DNA of 64,000 nucleotides from Negaprion brevirostris (taxonomy: Eukaryota), in the NCBI GenBank assembly GCA_030324005.1, contig JARDVH010000133.1, positions 24,674,527-24,738,526 on the forward strand, written 5' to 3'. Position numbers and translations under genes: made by a program. The notes below the pieces were generated by a model. The model was not told where the DNA came from. It saw only the letters and a list, made by a program, of their open reading frames with translations, and did no database searches. This document shows, in pieces, positions 36,330 to 48,935 of this stretch (position 1 is its first letter; each line of letters opens with the position of its first letter).

Positions 36330-36800
36330 CAGATGAGGAACATGTAAGACAAGTTGTGGCTTCTTGTCAAGGTTATCAGAAGGCTGAGGGGAAACCCATG
36401 TAAATTGCTGTCATTGATTTTCCAGAAGGCTTTTAAACTGTTTGCCTCGTGGCCCTCGGGCAGCTGGGAGTTTCCAATTCTTAGTCAAATCTTGGGATTT
36501 ATTCCAAAGCATGTATTGTTACTATAGGAACTGTGTTGGTGTGATTGAGAGGCCCGCTGGGCTCATCCCTGTCAAACGAAGAGAGAGGTAAAGATGTCAG
36601 ATTGTCATCTTCAATGATGTGTTGGAATTTATTGTGAAGGATGGACTTGGAATATCTGTTCCAAGGAATCTGAAAGTCTTCTGGTGCTCATTTCACAGAT
36701 ATTGCATTGCTAATGGACTCAACTTGTTTGCTGCAAACTTAACATCTCAAACCATGAGCTACTGAGGGATGGATTTTCAATGGGATATGTTGGTTTGTTT
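36330..36800 (+). mobile_element. Highly decayed RTE-like RT fragment
   Basis: attgattttccagaaggctttt (IDFxKAF-like, frameshifted) and atcttcaatgatgtgttggaattt (LFN..LE-like). Confidence 0.3.
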
Positions 36801-37169
36801 TCCCAGGAGCAGAATTATTCTTTTTGGGGGCCCAAAGGTAAAGCTTGAAGGTATTTATCGGAAAATATCAGGGAAGTTGTCCAATTCTTGATTCCAGTCA
36901 GTGTCTGGTGATTCTGGTGGATTGGGGCCGTGCTCAGAGAAAAATGTCAACGCAGGTTAAACTTGTGGCATTCCGAGTCCTTGTTACGAAATGCGCAGGT
37001 TTACTTCAGTCTCGTGCAAGATTCAAAACTAAGCTGGCAAAAGGAAAATGGCTGCCAAGGGAGCTGGTTCCCTGACCTACACAGATCGTCTTGGGCACTC
37101 TGAAAGGATGAGCCAACCACACTGCTTTCTGTTAACCAAATAAACTAAACCAACTTGCTGTGGGCTAAA

Positions 37170-37450
37170 TTTAAAATGCAGTTCCTCAGAGGGGTGTTGC
37201 ATCAAAATAAAGAGTCTCAAAGGAAGCTTAAAACATCAAAACAAAATGTGATCAAAGGGACTGATAGTGCACCCGAATCATCACCATTCCACTGGGCAAG
37301 AGGACTTTGATGGTGCTGGCAGACTGCGTGCTCCCTTTCCAGGGACACCCAGCAGCAAACGTAGCCGCAGAAGAGGGGCAGACGTTCCTGACAGATGACA
37401 CCCTTGACTGACCACTGCCTGGACCTATTAATGACCAGGCCTAGGAGTGG
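37170..37450 (-). mobile_element. Tx1/L1-clade LINE ORF2 C-terminal fragment
   Basis: Minus strand translates LLGLVINRSRQWSVKGVICQERLPLFCGYVCCWVSLEREHAV, recalled as the Tx1 ORF2 C-terminus pattern. Confidence 0.6.
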
Positions 37451-38322
37451 GCCCCAACCACACTGTGTCAGGGGCTCTTTTGGAGAGTCAATGCAGACTC
37501 AGTGGGCCAAATGGCTTCCTTCTGCACTGTAGGGATTCTATTCAATGGATCATTTGGTGATGCAAAGTGTAACCTATTCAGGCACCTACAGCAGACACAG
37601 TCATCCGATACCAGACTCAGGNNNNNNNNNNNNNNNNNNNNNNNNNNNNNNNNNNNNNNNNNNNNNNNNNNNNNNNNNNNNNNNNNNNNNNNNNNNNNNN
37701 NNNNNNNNNNNNNNNNNNNNNNNNNNNNNNNNNNNNNNNNNNNNNNNNNNNNNNNNNNNNNNNNNNNNNNNNNNNNNNNNNNNNNNNNNNNNNNNNNNNN
37801 NNNNNNNNNNNNNNNNNNNNNNNNNNNNNNNNNNNNNNNNNNNNNNNNNNNNNNNNNNNCAGTAGCTCAGTTCAGAATCTGCTCCAGGTTGCAATGGCGT
37901 GCTACGCAGGTCACTACCATTTCAGGTGAAAACAAATGAGAGGTACCATTTCAACTGTGATTTTTGTGTAGAAGTCTCTGGAATGACACTTGAACCCATC
38001 AATATTCTAATGAATGTCTTTAATTCTGGATTTAGATGTTCTAATGCTTTTCATATTTCATGTGAGCACTACAGACAGACCCATTTGTATTTCTCAATAT
38101 TTCCCTTTCCTTTCTGAGCAGGCTGGGTAAAGATTGAAAAGTGCTTTTAGCTACCTCGGGGATGTACAAAATTGAGTGACTTTATAAAAATGTTTTTGCT
38201 CCATTCTTAAAGCGAGAAAGCTAATGTGTGGTGCGGACAGGGAAAACCCTTAATCCATCTCCTTCCTTGCTTCAAAAACTAATTCAAATCGAGACTGAAT
38301 CCACTTCATTGTCCCTACATTG

Positions 38323-38605
38323 ATTTGGTTTATTATTGTCCCGTGTATTGGGGATACAGTGAAAAGTATTGAGGGGAATTCTCCCGCCCCTCCCACCACA
38401 GGAATCCTAGCGGGGGTTGGGGTGGAGGGGGTGGGGGAGAACCACGCAAATTTCCATTAACCTTGGGGAGGANNNNNNNNNNCGGTTATGGGGCCAGCAG
38501 GGCCAGAGAATCTCACCCTTTGTTTCTTGTGCGCAAAGAAAAACATACCATTCAGAGTAGAGGAGGAGGAAAGGATAGGGTGCAGAATATAATGTAACAT
38601 TATTA
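38323..38605 (-). mobile_element. Rex1/Babar-like tail interrupted by a MITE
   Basis: tttattattgtc...cagtgaaaagtatt | gtttcttgtgcgc...gggtgcagaatataatgt. Confidence 0.7.
38371..38519. mobile_element. MITE (PIF/Harbinger-like)
   Basis: Termini ggggaattctc...gagaatctcaccc with an apparent 3-bp duplication of host sequence. Confidence 0.65.
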
Positions 38606-38748
38606 GATAGTTTAAAGGAATTAGAGTCCAGTTTTAAGATCATAGAATAGAATAAGAGGGCATGCTGGGACTGCTCTCAAGAAGCCGCATTACTCCAGCG
38701 CCATCTTTCCTTTTCTCTCTTTAACCAACATTGTCACCATCCCTTTTT

Positions 38749-38853
38749 GTCTGAAAATGCCCAATCTCATCTGGTCTCAGAAGCTAAGCAGACTTGGACC
38801 TGGTTAATACTTGGATGGGAGGCTGCCGAGGATACCAGGTGCAGCAGATTTTT
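38749..38853 (+). pseudogene. 5S rRNA-derived sequence (5'-truncated pseudogene or SINE head)
   Basis: ctgaaaatgcccaatctcatctggtctcagaagctaagcagacttggacctggttaatacttggatgggaggctgccgaggataccaggtgcagcagattttt aligns to vertebrate 5S rRNA, including box A (agctaagcag) and box C (ttggatgggag). Confidence 0.9.
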
Positions 38854-38854
38854 A

Positions 38855-38913
38855 GGCTTGTGTGGCTCAGACTTTTAGTCTGAGGATTCAGGGTTCATGT
38901 CCCTGTCTAGGTG
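38855..38913 (+). pseudogene. tRNA-Lys(UUU)-derived sequence with D-arm deletion
   Basis: tcagacttttagtctgaggattcagggttcatgtccctgtctaggtg vs tRNA-Lys TCAGACTTTTAATCTGAGGGTCCAGGGTTCAAGTCCCTGTTCGGGCG. Confidence 0.8.
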
Positions 38914-39171
38914 CTGCTTTTGTCTGGACGTGTTCATTTCCCAGGGAAGGATGTGGGAGATCGAGGATACCAGAACATTAGGCATTATTAGGAACTATAG
39001 TCAACTTGGGTATAAACCGTGCTAGTCGCTACGAGTGCTTAATCTTGCAAGCCTTAATTACTGAATAATCAAAGCAGAATTCTTCAGAAGAGTGCGTGAA
39101 GTGTAAAAAAAAGATGAGAGACATACAGATTCAAGCTGACAAGAAAAAACACTGCTCTTAATCTGACGCTT

Positions 39172-39463
39172 AAGTTTATTTATTAGTGTCACAAGTAGGT
39201 TTACATTAACACTGCAATAGAGTTACTGTGAAAATCCTGTAGTTGTCACACTGAGGCACCTGTTTGGGTACACTGAGGGAAAATTTAGCATGGCCAATGC
39301 ACCTAACCTGTACATCTTTTGGACTGTGGGAGGAAACTGGAGCACCTGGATGAATCCCACACAGACACAGGGAGAATGTGCAGACTCCACACAGACAGTG
39401 ACCCAAGCCCGGAATAGAACCCAAATCTCTGGCGCTGTGAAGCAGCAGTGCTAACCACTGTGC
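39172..39463 (-). mobile_element. V-SINE with alternative tail
   Basis: Same structure as 31011. Confidence 0.9.
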
Positions 39464-40168
39464 ACTTGATCTTAACCAAGAGGCCAGGTTGAATGATTGT
39501 ACTTTCATTTTCTGAGCACCATTATCACATCAGTATTCCCAAGTGCCTCGCACCATGAATAACTTGCTGAAGCGAAGCCACTTCTTTGTGATGTTGTCTG
39601 TCCCTGTCTTTATCATATCAGTCATTAATCAATCCGTCCGACAGTGTTAAATAGATCTCAAACTTCAAGGCAACCTTCCATGAATGTTCCTGTTCTCTGC
39701 TCCCTCAAGTTGTTGGTGGAGCATTGATGTAGATGGAGGGAAGTGGGGTGTTTTAAAGGATGTAATGGATTATGAAATCATTCCCTTTAGGCAAATGCTC
39801 AGCAAGATTTACATGATTAAATACGTAGCTTTGTCTGCTGAAATTAATAATGAATGGACACCATTGCCATTTAAATATTCTTAGTGTGAAATCTTGAGAT
39901 TATACACAGCCTCATCTTACAGCACAGACTCTGGAATCCAGCCTTAGGCAGCACAGTAATGGGAGGTAATGTTTTAACCTGTAATTTCTGTTATTTTTGC
40001 AATTAATTGAAGTGGGACAGAGGGACTGAATGTTTTTCCTCTTGGCCTCCCCGTTTCCACGTCTCTGTTATTGATTTCCCTCTCCTGCCTCCTTGTGCCC
40101 GTGCTTATATTCAGCTCAATTATGGTGTTTGCTTTTGTTCTTGTTCCTCCCTCCCTCCTCCCTCTCTC

Positions 40169-40199
<31 letters not shown>

Positions 40200-40212
40200 G
40201 TCTTAGCTATGG

Positions 40213-40573
40213 GGAGATGATGGCCTAGTGGTATTATTGCTCGATTATTAATGCTGAAACTCACCTAATGTTCTGGGAACCTGGGTTCAAATCCTGCCAC
40301 CGCTGATGGTGAAATTTGAATTCAATAAAAATGTCTGGAATTAAAAATCTGCTGATGACCATGAAGCTATTGTTGATTGTTGTAAAAAAAAACCATCTGG
40401 TTCACTAATGTCCCTTAGGGAAGGAAGATCTGCCGTCCCTACCTGATCTGGCTTACCTGTGACTCCAGACCCACAGCAATGTAGTTGACTCGCAACTGCC
40501 CACCAAGGGCAACTAGGGATGGGTAGTAAATGCTGGCCAGCCAGCTATGCCCATATCCCAGGAATGAATAAAA
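40213..40573 (+). mobile_element. tRNA-derived SINE family B
   Basis: Matches the 12943 element along its length. Confidence 0.88.
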
Positions 40574-40579
40574 GTAAGT

Positions 40580-40930
40580 TCTCTCCAGGCTTGTAACTCT
40601 CTGAGATATCTTGTGTTTCTTGGTTCTAGCCTCTTCTGCTGCCCTTTGCATCACTCTGCCACTGTTGGCCGTGCCTTCAGCTGCTCAGGCTCCAGATTCT
40701 AGAACACCCTCCCTAAACCCCTCTGTATCTCCACCTGTCTCTGCTCCTTTAAGACATTCATTTAGATCTATCTACCGTAACCTTTTTGACCAAGCTTTTG
40801 GTCACCTGTCCTGAATAGCTGCTTCTGTGACTGTGTCAAATTTTGTTTGGTAGTCCTCATGCAAAATATGTTGGGGTGTTTCACTGTGTTAAAGGTGCCG
40901 GTGCTATATAGGTTGAGGTTGTTGTTGTAG
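40580..40930 (+). mobile_element. L2 LINE 3' end
   Basis: ggccgtgccttcagctg...ctccctaaacccctc...ttttgaccaagcttttggtcacc...gttgttgttg. Confidence 0.75.
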
Positions 40931-41486
40931 TGGAATGCATTCAAAAGTGTTGGGAATTATGACTTTCTCCATTTGTGGAATCTGATCTCTTATCTCTACA
41001 CGTGGCTCAGTTTAATAATGCTCCCTTGAGGTCCATTTTAATATGTTAAAACTGCTATGTGAACATAAGTTGTTGTTGTTATTGTATATTGACAGTAAAT
41101 TGGCTTTTTGTCAATTAGGTGCCCTTCAAACAGCATCTGGCTGCTAAACCCCTAATGGCAACTTAGTGGAGAGTTATAGATAGACTAGGCTGGTCTACAT
41201 AATTCCGCTTACACAGCCCAGGGTCTTATTGAAGCGGGAAAGGTAAAAGGAGGAAACTAGTTGCTTTCCATTCCCATAAAAAAGCAAAAACTGCAAAGGA
41301 ACCCAGTTTTAGTAAGAATACTGACACACTTCTTTGGGTAGGCCTAAGAGAAGATAACATGCTTTACATTAGAAAGGGAACAGAAAGGCCACATTGCTGA
41401 CTATTTTTCACTACCTTGTTGTATTATGCTTTGGTGGCACTCTCAGCCTTTGATTTGATTTGGGGGATTGGACCAAAGGTGTAAAA

Positions 41487-41835
41487 GGGCTGGCACAGTG
41501 GCACAATGGTTAGCACTGCTGCCTCAGCGCTAGACCCGGGGATCAATTCCGGCCTTGAATAACTGTCTGTGTGGAGTTCGCACGTTCTCCCCATGTTTCC
41601 TTTGGGTGCTCCACTTTCCCCCCACGGTCCAAGATGTGTGGGTTAGGTGGATTGGCTATGCTAAATAGCCCCTCAGTGCCCAAAGATGTGCAGGTTGGGT
41701 AAGTATGGGGGTAAATGAGCAGGGTTACGGGGATAGGCTGGGATGGGGGGGAGGGGGATGGAGGTGGGGGGCCTGGTAAGATGCTCTGTTGGAGAGTTGG
41801 TGCACTCATTCTGCATTGTGGGGATTCTATGATTC
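41487..41835 (+). mobile_element. HE1 SINE
   Basis: Head, V core and gggattctatgattc tail. Confidence 0.9.
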
Positions 41836-41916
41836 CACATGCTCCCATTTTGTGCATCGTCCTGGTGGTATCTAAGTGTGTTACGTAAGGAATCAGCCTG
41901 TCCACATGCCAAAAAA

Positions 41917-42120
41917 TAGAATCGTACAGCACAAAGGAGAGAGGCCATTTGGCCCATTGTGCTGGAACTTTGACAGAGCAATCCAGATAGTCCCAGATCT
42001 TTTCTCTCTCCCCATAGCCTTGCAATTTTTTTTCCCTTTCAAGTATTTATCCAATTCCCTGTGGTAAGTGATTACAAGAGATTACCACCAGCCTTTAAAG
42101 TCATACGTTCCAGATTACAC
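41917..42120 (-). mobile_element. CR1-type 3' end
   Basis: tagaatcgtacagcacaaaggagagaggccatttggccc...caagtatttatccaattccc. Confidence 0.7.
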
Positions 42121-42711
42121 AGTAAAATAAGTTGACCTTTGCTTACATCAGTAATTAGGAATGCCTGTCCTTTACTCTGCTGCTGTTCAGAGATGGCATC
42201 ACCAATTTATAACCTAACTGCTGGAAACGCTGAGACAAAGTTTTCTGCTGATGTGCCCTTTTTGCATTGTGTATTGTGAATTTTCCTAACCTATAACTTC
42301 TCAATAGCTTCTTAGTGAACGGAATAGGTATTGTAACTGGATTTCAATGAGAATCATTTAGGCTGCAGACACCTTGTTATACTGGTTCCTGAGATAACCG
42401 TGCTGCTGTTTCTGTTGCATCCATTGCTGTGGAGGCTGGCTGGTCTTGTCTGCTTTCAGGCACATGTACAGCCTCTTATGCTTGGGAGGAGGGAGGGGGA
42501 ATGGCCTGAATGGCCTTGGTGTAGGTTTGTTCTGAATGGTAACCTCATTTGTGCTGGGCAGGGATTGACTTCCTCAACCTCACTTCATGCAGCATTGCCT
42601 GAAGAGCTTTATCGATAAATCTATCTGGAATGATCCATCTTACTGCAGTCTTCACTCACCAAATCTAAGCCCTCAGTCTGCAGCTACTGCTACAACACTC
42701 CTGACAATGTT

Positions 42712-43006
42712 GGGCGGTGACAGAGTGGTTGGCACTGTGCCTCAGAGTGCCAGGGACCTTGGTTTGATTCCAGCCTTGAATAACTGTGTGGAGTTTGCAC
42801 GTTCTCCCCATGTCAGTGGCTGTTTCCACCAGTGCATTGGTTTCCCCCCAGTCCAAAGATATGCTGGTTAGGTGGATTGACCATGCTAAATGCATGGGGT
42901 TACGGGGATAGAGTGAGTGGTGGGTGTGGATAAGATGCTCTGTCGGAGAGTTGGTGGTGACTCGATGGGCCAAATGGCCTCCTTCTGCACTATAGTGATC
43001 CTATGA
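42712..43006 (+). mobile_element. HE1 SINE
   Basis: Head, core and gatgggccaaatggcctccttctgcac tail. Confidence 0.88.
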
Positions 43007-43351
43007 ATGCGTGGATACTCAGACCAGTTAGATAGGAGGACATTCATCAAGGGAACGAGGTCTTGGTTAAACAGAAAATTTGGGATATTGCACTGTTCAT
43101 GCCCGACAGGAATTTCTCCCCTCGTTCATTTCAAGAAGAATCCTCTTCCTGCTATAAAGTGTGTGAAATTCATACACAGGTCATAATAACTGCAATTATA
43201 TCCAGACTCTTGGAAGGTCTCAAAATAAGGTGATAATTGTGGGGTAGGCTGATCTTTTGGTGACCTGAGATTCAGGAATCTCATTCTACCAGTCCTGATA
43301 TGAACCCAGTGCAGTGGGATGATTGAAACTCTATCCTCTATCCTTTAAAAG

Positions 43352-43353
<2 letters not shown>

Positions 43354-43384
<31 letters not shown>
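43354..43384. repeat. (TG)n microsatellite
   Basis: About 15 uninterrupted TG units. Confidence 0.98.
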
Positions 43385-43387
<3 letters not shown>

Positions 43388-43690
43388 ACGCACCTGTGTG
43401 TACGTGTGTATGAAGCTGGGCAGGGCACGCTGTTCATCTGTCTGAATCCACACTCTTGAAGCAAGTGCTTTACTCAGAAATCAGGTCGCAGCAGGAGACT
43501 TCCAAGACGACTGCGGAAACACTTTAGGATGTCCTCAAAGCATCCCTGCCAACTCATGGGAGCCTTTGTTTTGTGCCTGACCAAAACAGANNNNNNNNNN
43601 NNNNNNNNNNNNNNNNNNNNNNNNNNNNNNNNNNNNNNNNNNNNNNNNNNNNNNNNNNNNNNNNNNNNNNNNNNNNNNNNNNNNNNNNNN

Positions 43691-43847
43691 TCCCACAGTC
43701 CAAAAGATGTGCTGGTTAGGTGCATTGGCCATGCTAAATTCTCCCTCAGTGTACCCGAACAGGCGCTGGAGCGTGGCGACTTGGGGATTTTTACAGTAAT
43801 TTCATTGCAGTGTTAATATAAGCCTACTTTGTGATGGATAAATAAAA
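43691..43847 (+). mobile_element. V-SINE with alternative tail (5' part in gap)
   Basis: tcccacagtccaaaagatgtgc...cattgcagtgttaatataagcctact. Confidence 0.85.
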
Positions 43848-44377
43848 TTTTACTTCATATTCATGTGGGACTCTGGTAATGTAAAATGAGGAGCCCCACA
43901 ATAGTTGAATATTTTTGCCGGAGCAATTAGCACTGCAGTCGTGAGGCTGCTGAATTACCCTGGAGATCAACTTTCACATTGCTAGGAAAGCTATTTTTAT
44001 TTATTAACAAGAACTGTTTAGTAGCATGGCTTAAAAGTTAGCCTCCTTCTGTTACAATATTCAAAGGTTTTCATCAGTAAAAATAGTGATGCTAAGTGCC
44101 TGGAATGAAAAGATGAATGACAGCACTGAGGAATATGCACTTGAGGCAGAAATGGTGGTTTATGAGCTACTCTAGAATTACAAGTGTTAAAAAGTGTGTA
44201 GTTTGAGCTGCACTGTGAGCGAACGATGAGGCTGACCTGGAAAAATTCAACATATTCCATTGGAAAATTGGAAGTTAATATTGCTGGGAAGAAAGTGAAG
44301 ATTTGAGTTTGTTCTTGTTTAGGGAAGCACAAACCTCAGAAATGAAGTATGTGTTTAGGAACCTACAGAAATATCTT

Positions 44378-44582
44378 AGAATTCCCACAGTGCAAAAGGA
44401 AGTCAGTTGGCCCATTGAGCCTGCACTGACTACAAGGCCACCCAGGCCCTATCTCTGCAACCCCACACATTTACCCTGCTAATCCCCCTGACGCTAAAGA
44501 GCAAATTAGCATGAGTGTGGGAGGAAACCAGAGCACCTGGAGAAAACCCACACAAACACTGGGAGAACATGAGGATTCCACG
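44378..44582 (-). mobile_element. HE1 SINE fragment
   Basis: tagaattcccacagtgc...ggaggaaaccagagcacctggag. Confidence 0.82.
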
Positions 44583-46069
44583 CATTGTCATTTCTACTTG
44601 ATGAAAATGGGATTGGACAAGAGATTCGTCCATGTGGTGCTTCCAGAGTTTAATTTTCATGTTCTTTTTCTCTGTGGCAGGGGTTGGACTTTTGAAACTT
44701 TCTCCTAGGATCTTCCTTATTTAAGACAAGTATTCTGATCCAATGAACACAATGCACGCAGCTTCCCATTCTTTTCCCCACTGTGTATACCGATAGTTGC
44801 TCCTTTTGGAGGGGTGACTTCTTGTGTGTGACTTCTTGCCTCTTCCTGGAGAAACATCTGATTGCTTTCTGCTCTGCTGTTTCTCACCAGAGCTTTGGAG
44901 GAACCGATATGCTGACTGAACCCTGGATACAGCTTTGACTGTGACCCGTTTCTAGTGGAAGTTGAGTTGTGTTGTGTTCACAGTGTTAAGCCAGATAATA
45001 GCTCCTATTCACTTCCCAAAGCAGCTCTCACACAAGAGGAATTCCTGAGCACTTTTACAAGATGGTAGATAAATGAAGTGGACACTGTGCAGGAGGGAGA
45101 ACTGAAGAGAGGCACCTTGTAAGAAAGGTACATTGAAAACACAGTCAAAGCAAAATTTCCTTTAAGGCAGAGGAGGAGGTGGTGCCAAGATAGATGGCTG
45201 ATGGATGGAATTGCAGAGGGCGGAGCAGTAATCCAGAGCATAGTGGAGAAAATGAGGAAGGAGTAGAAAAGCAATGTGAGAGGAATGGTGGCTATGCAGA
45301 GGGCAGATAACTGGAGATCACTGCAGTCAGAATGGTAGTTTGTTTTGTTCGTGCCTCCTGTGTCTAGTGGCATATGGAGTAACCCATTTATCCATCTCCT
45401 GCCCATTCGGAGGAAGGAATATGACTCTGATTGGAGTCATGCATCCAATGTTTGCTTTTCCACAGGTGTGACATCTCCGGAGCGTTTGAGTGTGAGGACA
45501 AAGATCTTATAGACAGTTCCCTGGGACATTACTACTCTGTCTTTTCCAAGTTGCAATACTTCACAAGGGTGTCTGGATTCTAAACCGGTGAGGATCAGAA
45601 AGGGATGAGTTTTAGTTTGTGGCGGATGAAAGCAAAGAGGCTGATGAGAAAGGTAAACCCAGATAAATGTTTGGCTGGTGCGAATTATGTTCCTATTTTA
45701 GAAACTGCCTGGTGTTACATGCTAGCAGAGAACCAAGATGTAGAATGTTTTCCTGACCTTAATTTCTCCTTGTAGATGACTGGAATGTGCTAACTATGGA
45801 ACTTCAAAGTCAACAGTATTCCAACCTTGCCAATGGCTTGGAGTTCAGTGTTGTGGCAATTGATCACATGGTTCTGAATCGCTTACAACACATGACTTTC
45901 TGCTTGTATTGCTCCAGGCTGCTTGAACTGTTAGTTGGACACCTTTTTCAATGTTTCTGACCATTCATCAACTAAACAGAGTCACATTTGTCTAACTGCA
46001 GAGAGCAATTGAGTGAAGGAAGAGGGCCTTTAAGCCAGTATTTGAAAGCCCATTGGATCAGCACCTGAG

Positions 46070-46395
46070 GTGCTTTAAGCTACAGGGCTATGGACAGGGT
46101 TCAGGAAGGTAGGGTTACAAAGTGCATCTGTGTGTCCTCAGGCTGGCATGGACAAGATGGGCCAAAAGACATCTTTCTGTGCTGTAACTTTTCTATGGTT
46201 CTATGGACTGAGAGTGAAGNNNNNNNNNNNNNNNNNNNNNNNNNNNNNNNNNNNNNNNNNNNNNNNNNNNNNNNNNNNNNNNNNNNNNNNNNNNNNNNNN
46301 NNNNNNNNNNNNNNNNNNNCTTATTGAATGGCGGGGCAGGCTCGAGGGGCTAGATGGCCTACTTCTGCTCCTATTTCTTATGTTCTTATGTTCTT
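46070..46395 (+). mobile_element. CR1/HER1 3' ends (gapped)
   Basis: ggcatggacaagatgggcc...; ttattgaatggcggggcaggctcgagggg...ttcttatgttcttatgttctt. Confidence 0.82.
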
Positions 46396-48719
46396 AAAGA
46401 AGTGAAGCACAATGAGGAAGTCACACGTATCTTGGAGATTCACCATTACGTAAAAATTGTACTTTCGTTGGCTAATATCTGTCATCTTTATGATCAAAAG
46501 GGTTCCATTACCATGTTATCAATAAAAAAAAAATAAATGCCATGAAGAACATCCTTGTCGCCTGGACTGAGGATGATGTGCTTCTATTGGAATAGGGATG
46601 GAAATAACTGATAAACGGTGTGCAAGCGGAAGGTTTTAATGAAGTACTATACAGGGGAGAAGTGAGCTCCATACTGCAACCTCCGTTTAATTCTACGGTG
46701 ACAGAATTAGTTTGTAAACATGCCAAATTCTTTTAAAGCTGATGTTTTGGTTGGTAATGGAGGCCAGTACTGAAAACAATCAATTGGTTCTTTCTAAGCC
46801 TGGGACTAATAGTCTGTTTGGTATGCACATCCTATTCTGAAGTATAGGTATGTGAGTGTAGTTTCTTTCCACAAGAAAACCACCAAGGAATCAAGTGTTG
46901 ATGTAAGGTTTTACGGACACAATCCATTGGCATTGCTGTCTCTGACGTTTGCGTTTCATGCGGCTTTCCATGAAATCTGAGACTTCAATACTTGGATTTT
47001 GTCCAGGATGTGTATTCCAGGTAGATGCGAGATTCACTCTCTTCAAAAGAGAGTCTTTCTTTTGAAAGAGAAGCAAGAAAAGGTTGTCCTGTGACATTCA
47101 TCTTGTTTACCTTTTCTTAGTGTATTGGATGGCGTTATAAAAAGTGTTCATTAAAGTGCCTATTCCTAATGTTTCTGAATAATTACAGCGCTTTTCAAGG
47201 TCGATTTTTATTTTTGTGTATATGTGTGTGGGGCTCAACTTGGTAATTTTTAGCGGAGACTTTTAAATTCATTGGTGGAAAATTAATGGCTGGGATATTC
47301 AGTTTCTCCAGTAGTGAGTTCTCCTCAATGACTTGGATAATAAGCAATCAATAGCTGTAGTAATGGCTGCCCTCAGCTACGGCATCATGGCTCTATGCTG
47401 AAGAGGTGGGATTGTGGAAAAATTGATCAAGAGATATATGAAGTGCCTGACTCATTTTTGGTGCTTAAGTGATGGCAGTCAGCAGTCCCTGTAGCTAACC
47501 TTAGCTTTGGACACTGTTCCTCAAATACTGAGAAGGGGAATTGGGTGCTTCTGCTGAACCAAAGTGCAAATCGAAGCTAAATCTGGAGGTAAGATGTGAG
47601 TCCAAAATAATTCTTTATTGGAAAAGCTAATGGGTGAAATACTCGACCAACAGTGGATTGGGTTTGTAGTGACAAGAGCCAACAATGGCAGGGAAGGGCT
47701 GCATTCTACACTCAACTGTTAATCTGGAGATTGATGGCTTCATGGTGGTCGTGTACTGTTGCCAAAGCAGCTGCCATTGGTGTCCAGATTAGGTTGAGTT
47801 GGCTATCCCTCCACTTGACGATGATGTCTACTCAGGGCCATAGGTCTTCATGTACCTGAGCAGGCCGATTTCTCAGATCTTTGGGCACTTGGGGCAGTAT
47901 GTAAACCAAGGTCATGGGATCTGGAGTGCAGGATTTTCTTCCTTTTCTTTGCTGCCGCGCTTTCTCGCAAATAAGGAGTTGCGATGCCAAGTATCAAAAG
48001 TAAGTTCTTTCCAGTCATTAAGGTGAATGGTTTAAAAAAGGACACTAGCATTTGTCCAGTCCTCCCATTCGATCCAGAGGATGCAGCAGAGGTATCGTTG
48101 ATGAATTTCTTCAGCACTCTGATATGGTGATGTCAGTGCAGTACCCGACCTCACAGGCTGCAACTACTGTGTACCGGAGGAGGATTTTAGTTGACTTTTG
48201 TCGAAGGCTGAAGTGCAGCTGATCAGGTGTTGGTCTTTTCCTCAGTGGTAGCCTTTTCAGGGTGGTGCTGCAGAAATGTGGGAAGTTGTCAACATATTAC
48301 AAAGTCTCCCTTTCATCTTTTTTGGGAGGTTGAATATTTGGCTGACTGGGTCTGAACTGAAACGAATTTTATTGGCAACATTCAAGGACAGTCCAAGTTT
48401 CTTGAAAGGATCCAGAGTGGTTTGCAGATCTGTACACAGTGGGCAGTAACACACTGGTCATGCCCCAGCTGCAGACCACAGATATCTGTGGAGGTCAGTT
48501 TCATTTTGCAATGGAGGTAGTTGTTGTTTCTCTTCCCACGCCTAATAGTACAGTGCAGAAAAGGTCCTTTGGCCCATTGAGTCTGCACCAACAATAACTG
48601 CCATTAAAGTCATGCTAAAAGCCAGGCCAATGGTGCGGAAGGCAGACTTTCATCTGATTCCAATGGCTGTTTTTCCTTGGGACAGGTCGCTAGTCTGTCA
48701 CCGGGGGCTTATAACTTGA

Positions 48720-48935
48720 GAGTTCCCCTTTGCACCAAGCATGGCTCACCAGGAATCTCTCCCACTCTTACTGCCAGCAGTTGGCATGTTTGGAAGGATT
48801 TTACAGGTTGACACTCAATCTGTTTGCTCCTGTTATGAGCGCACCTTCTTTGGCCATCAAATCCTAGGGTGGGACTTGAACCTGGAGCTTCTGACTCAAA
48901 GGCAGGGACGCCACCCACTGCGCCACAAGACCTCC
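48720..48935 (-). mobile_element. tRNA-derived SINE, third family (family C)
   Basis: Minus strand ggaggtcttgtggcgcagtgggtggcgtccctgcctttgagtcagaagctccaggttcaagtccc; second copy at 50960. Confidence 0.75.
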
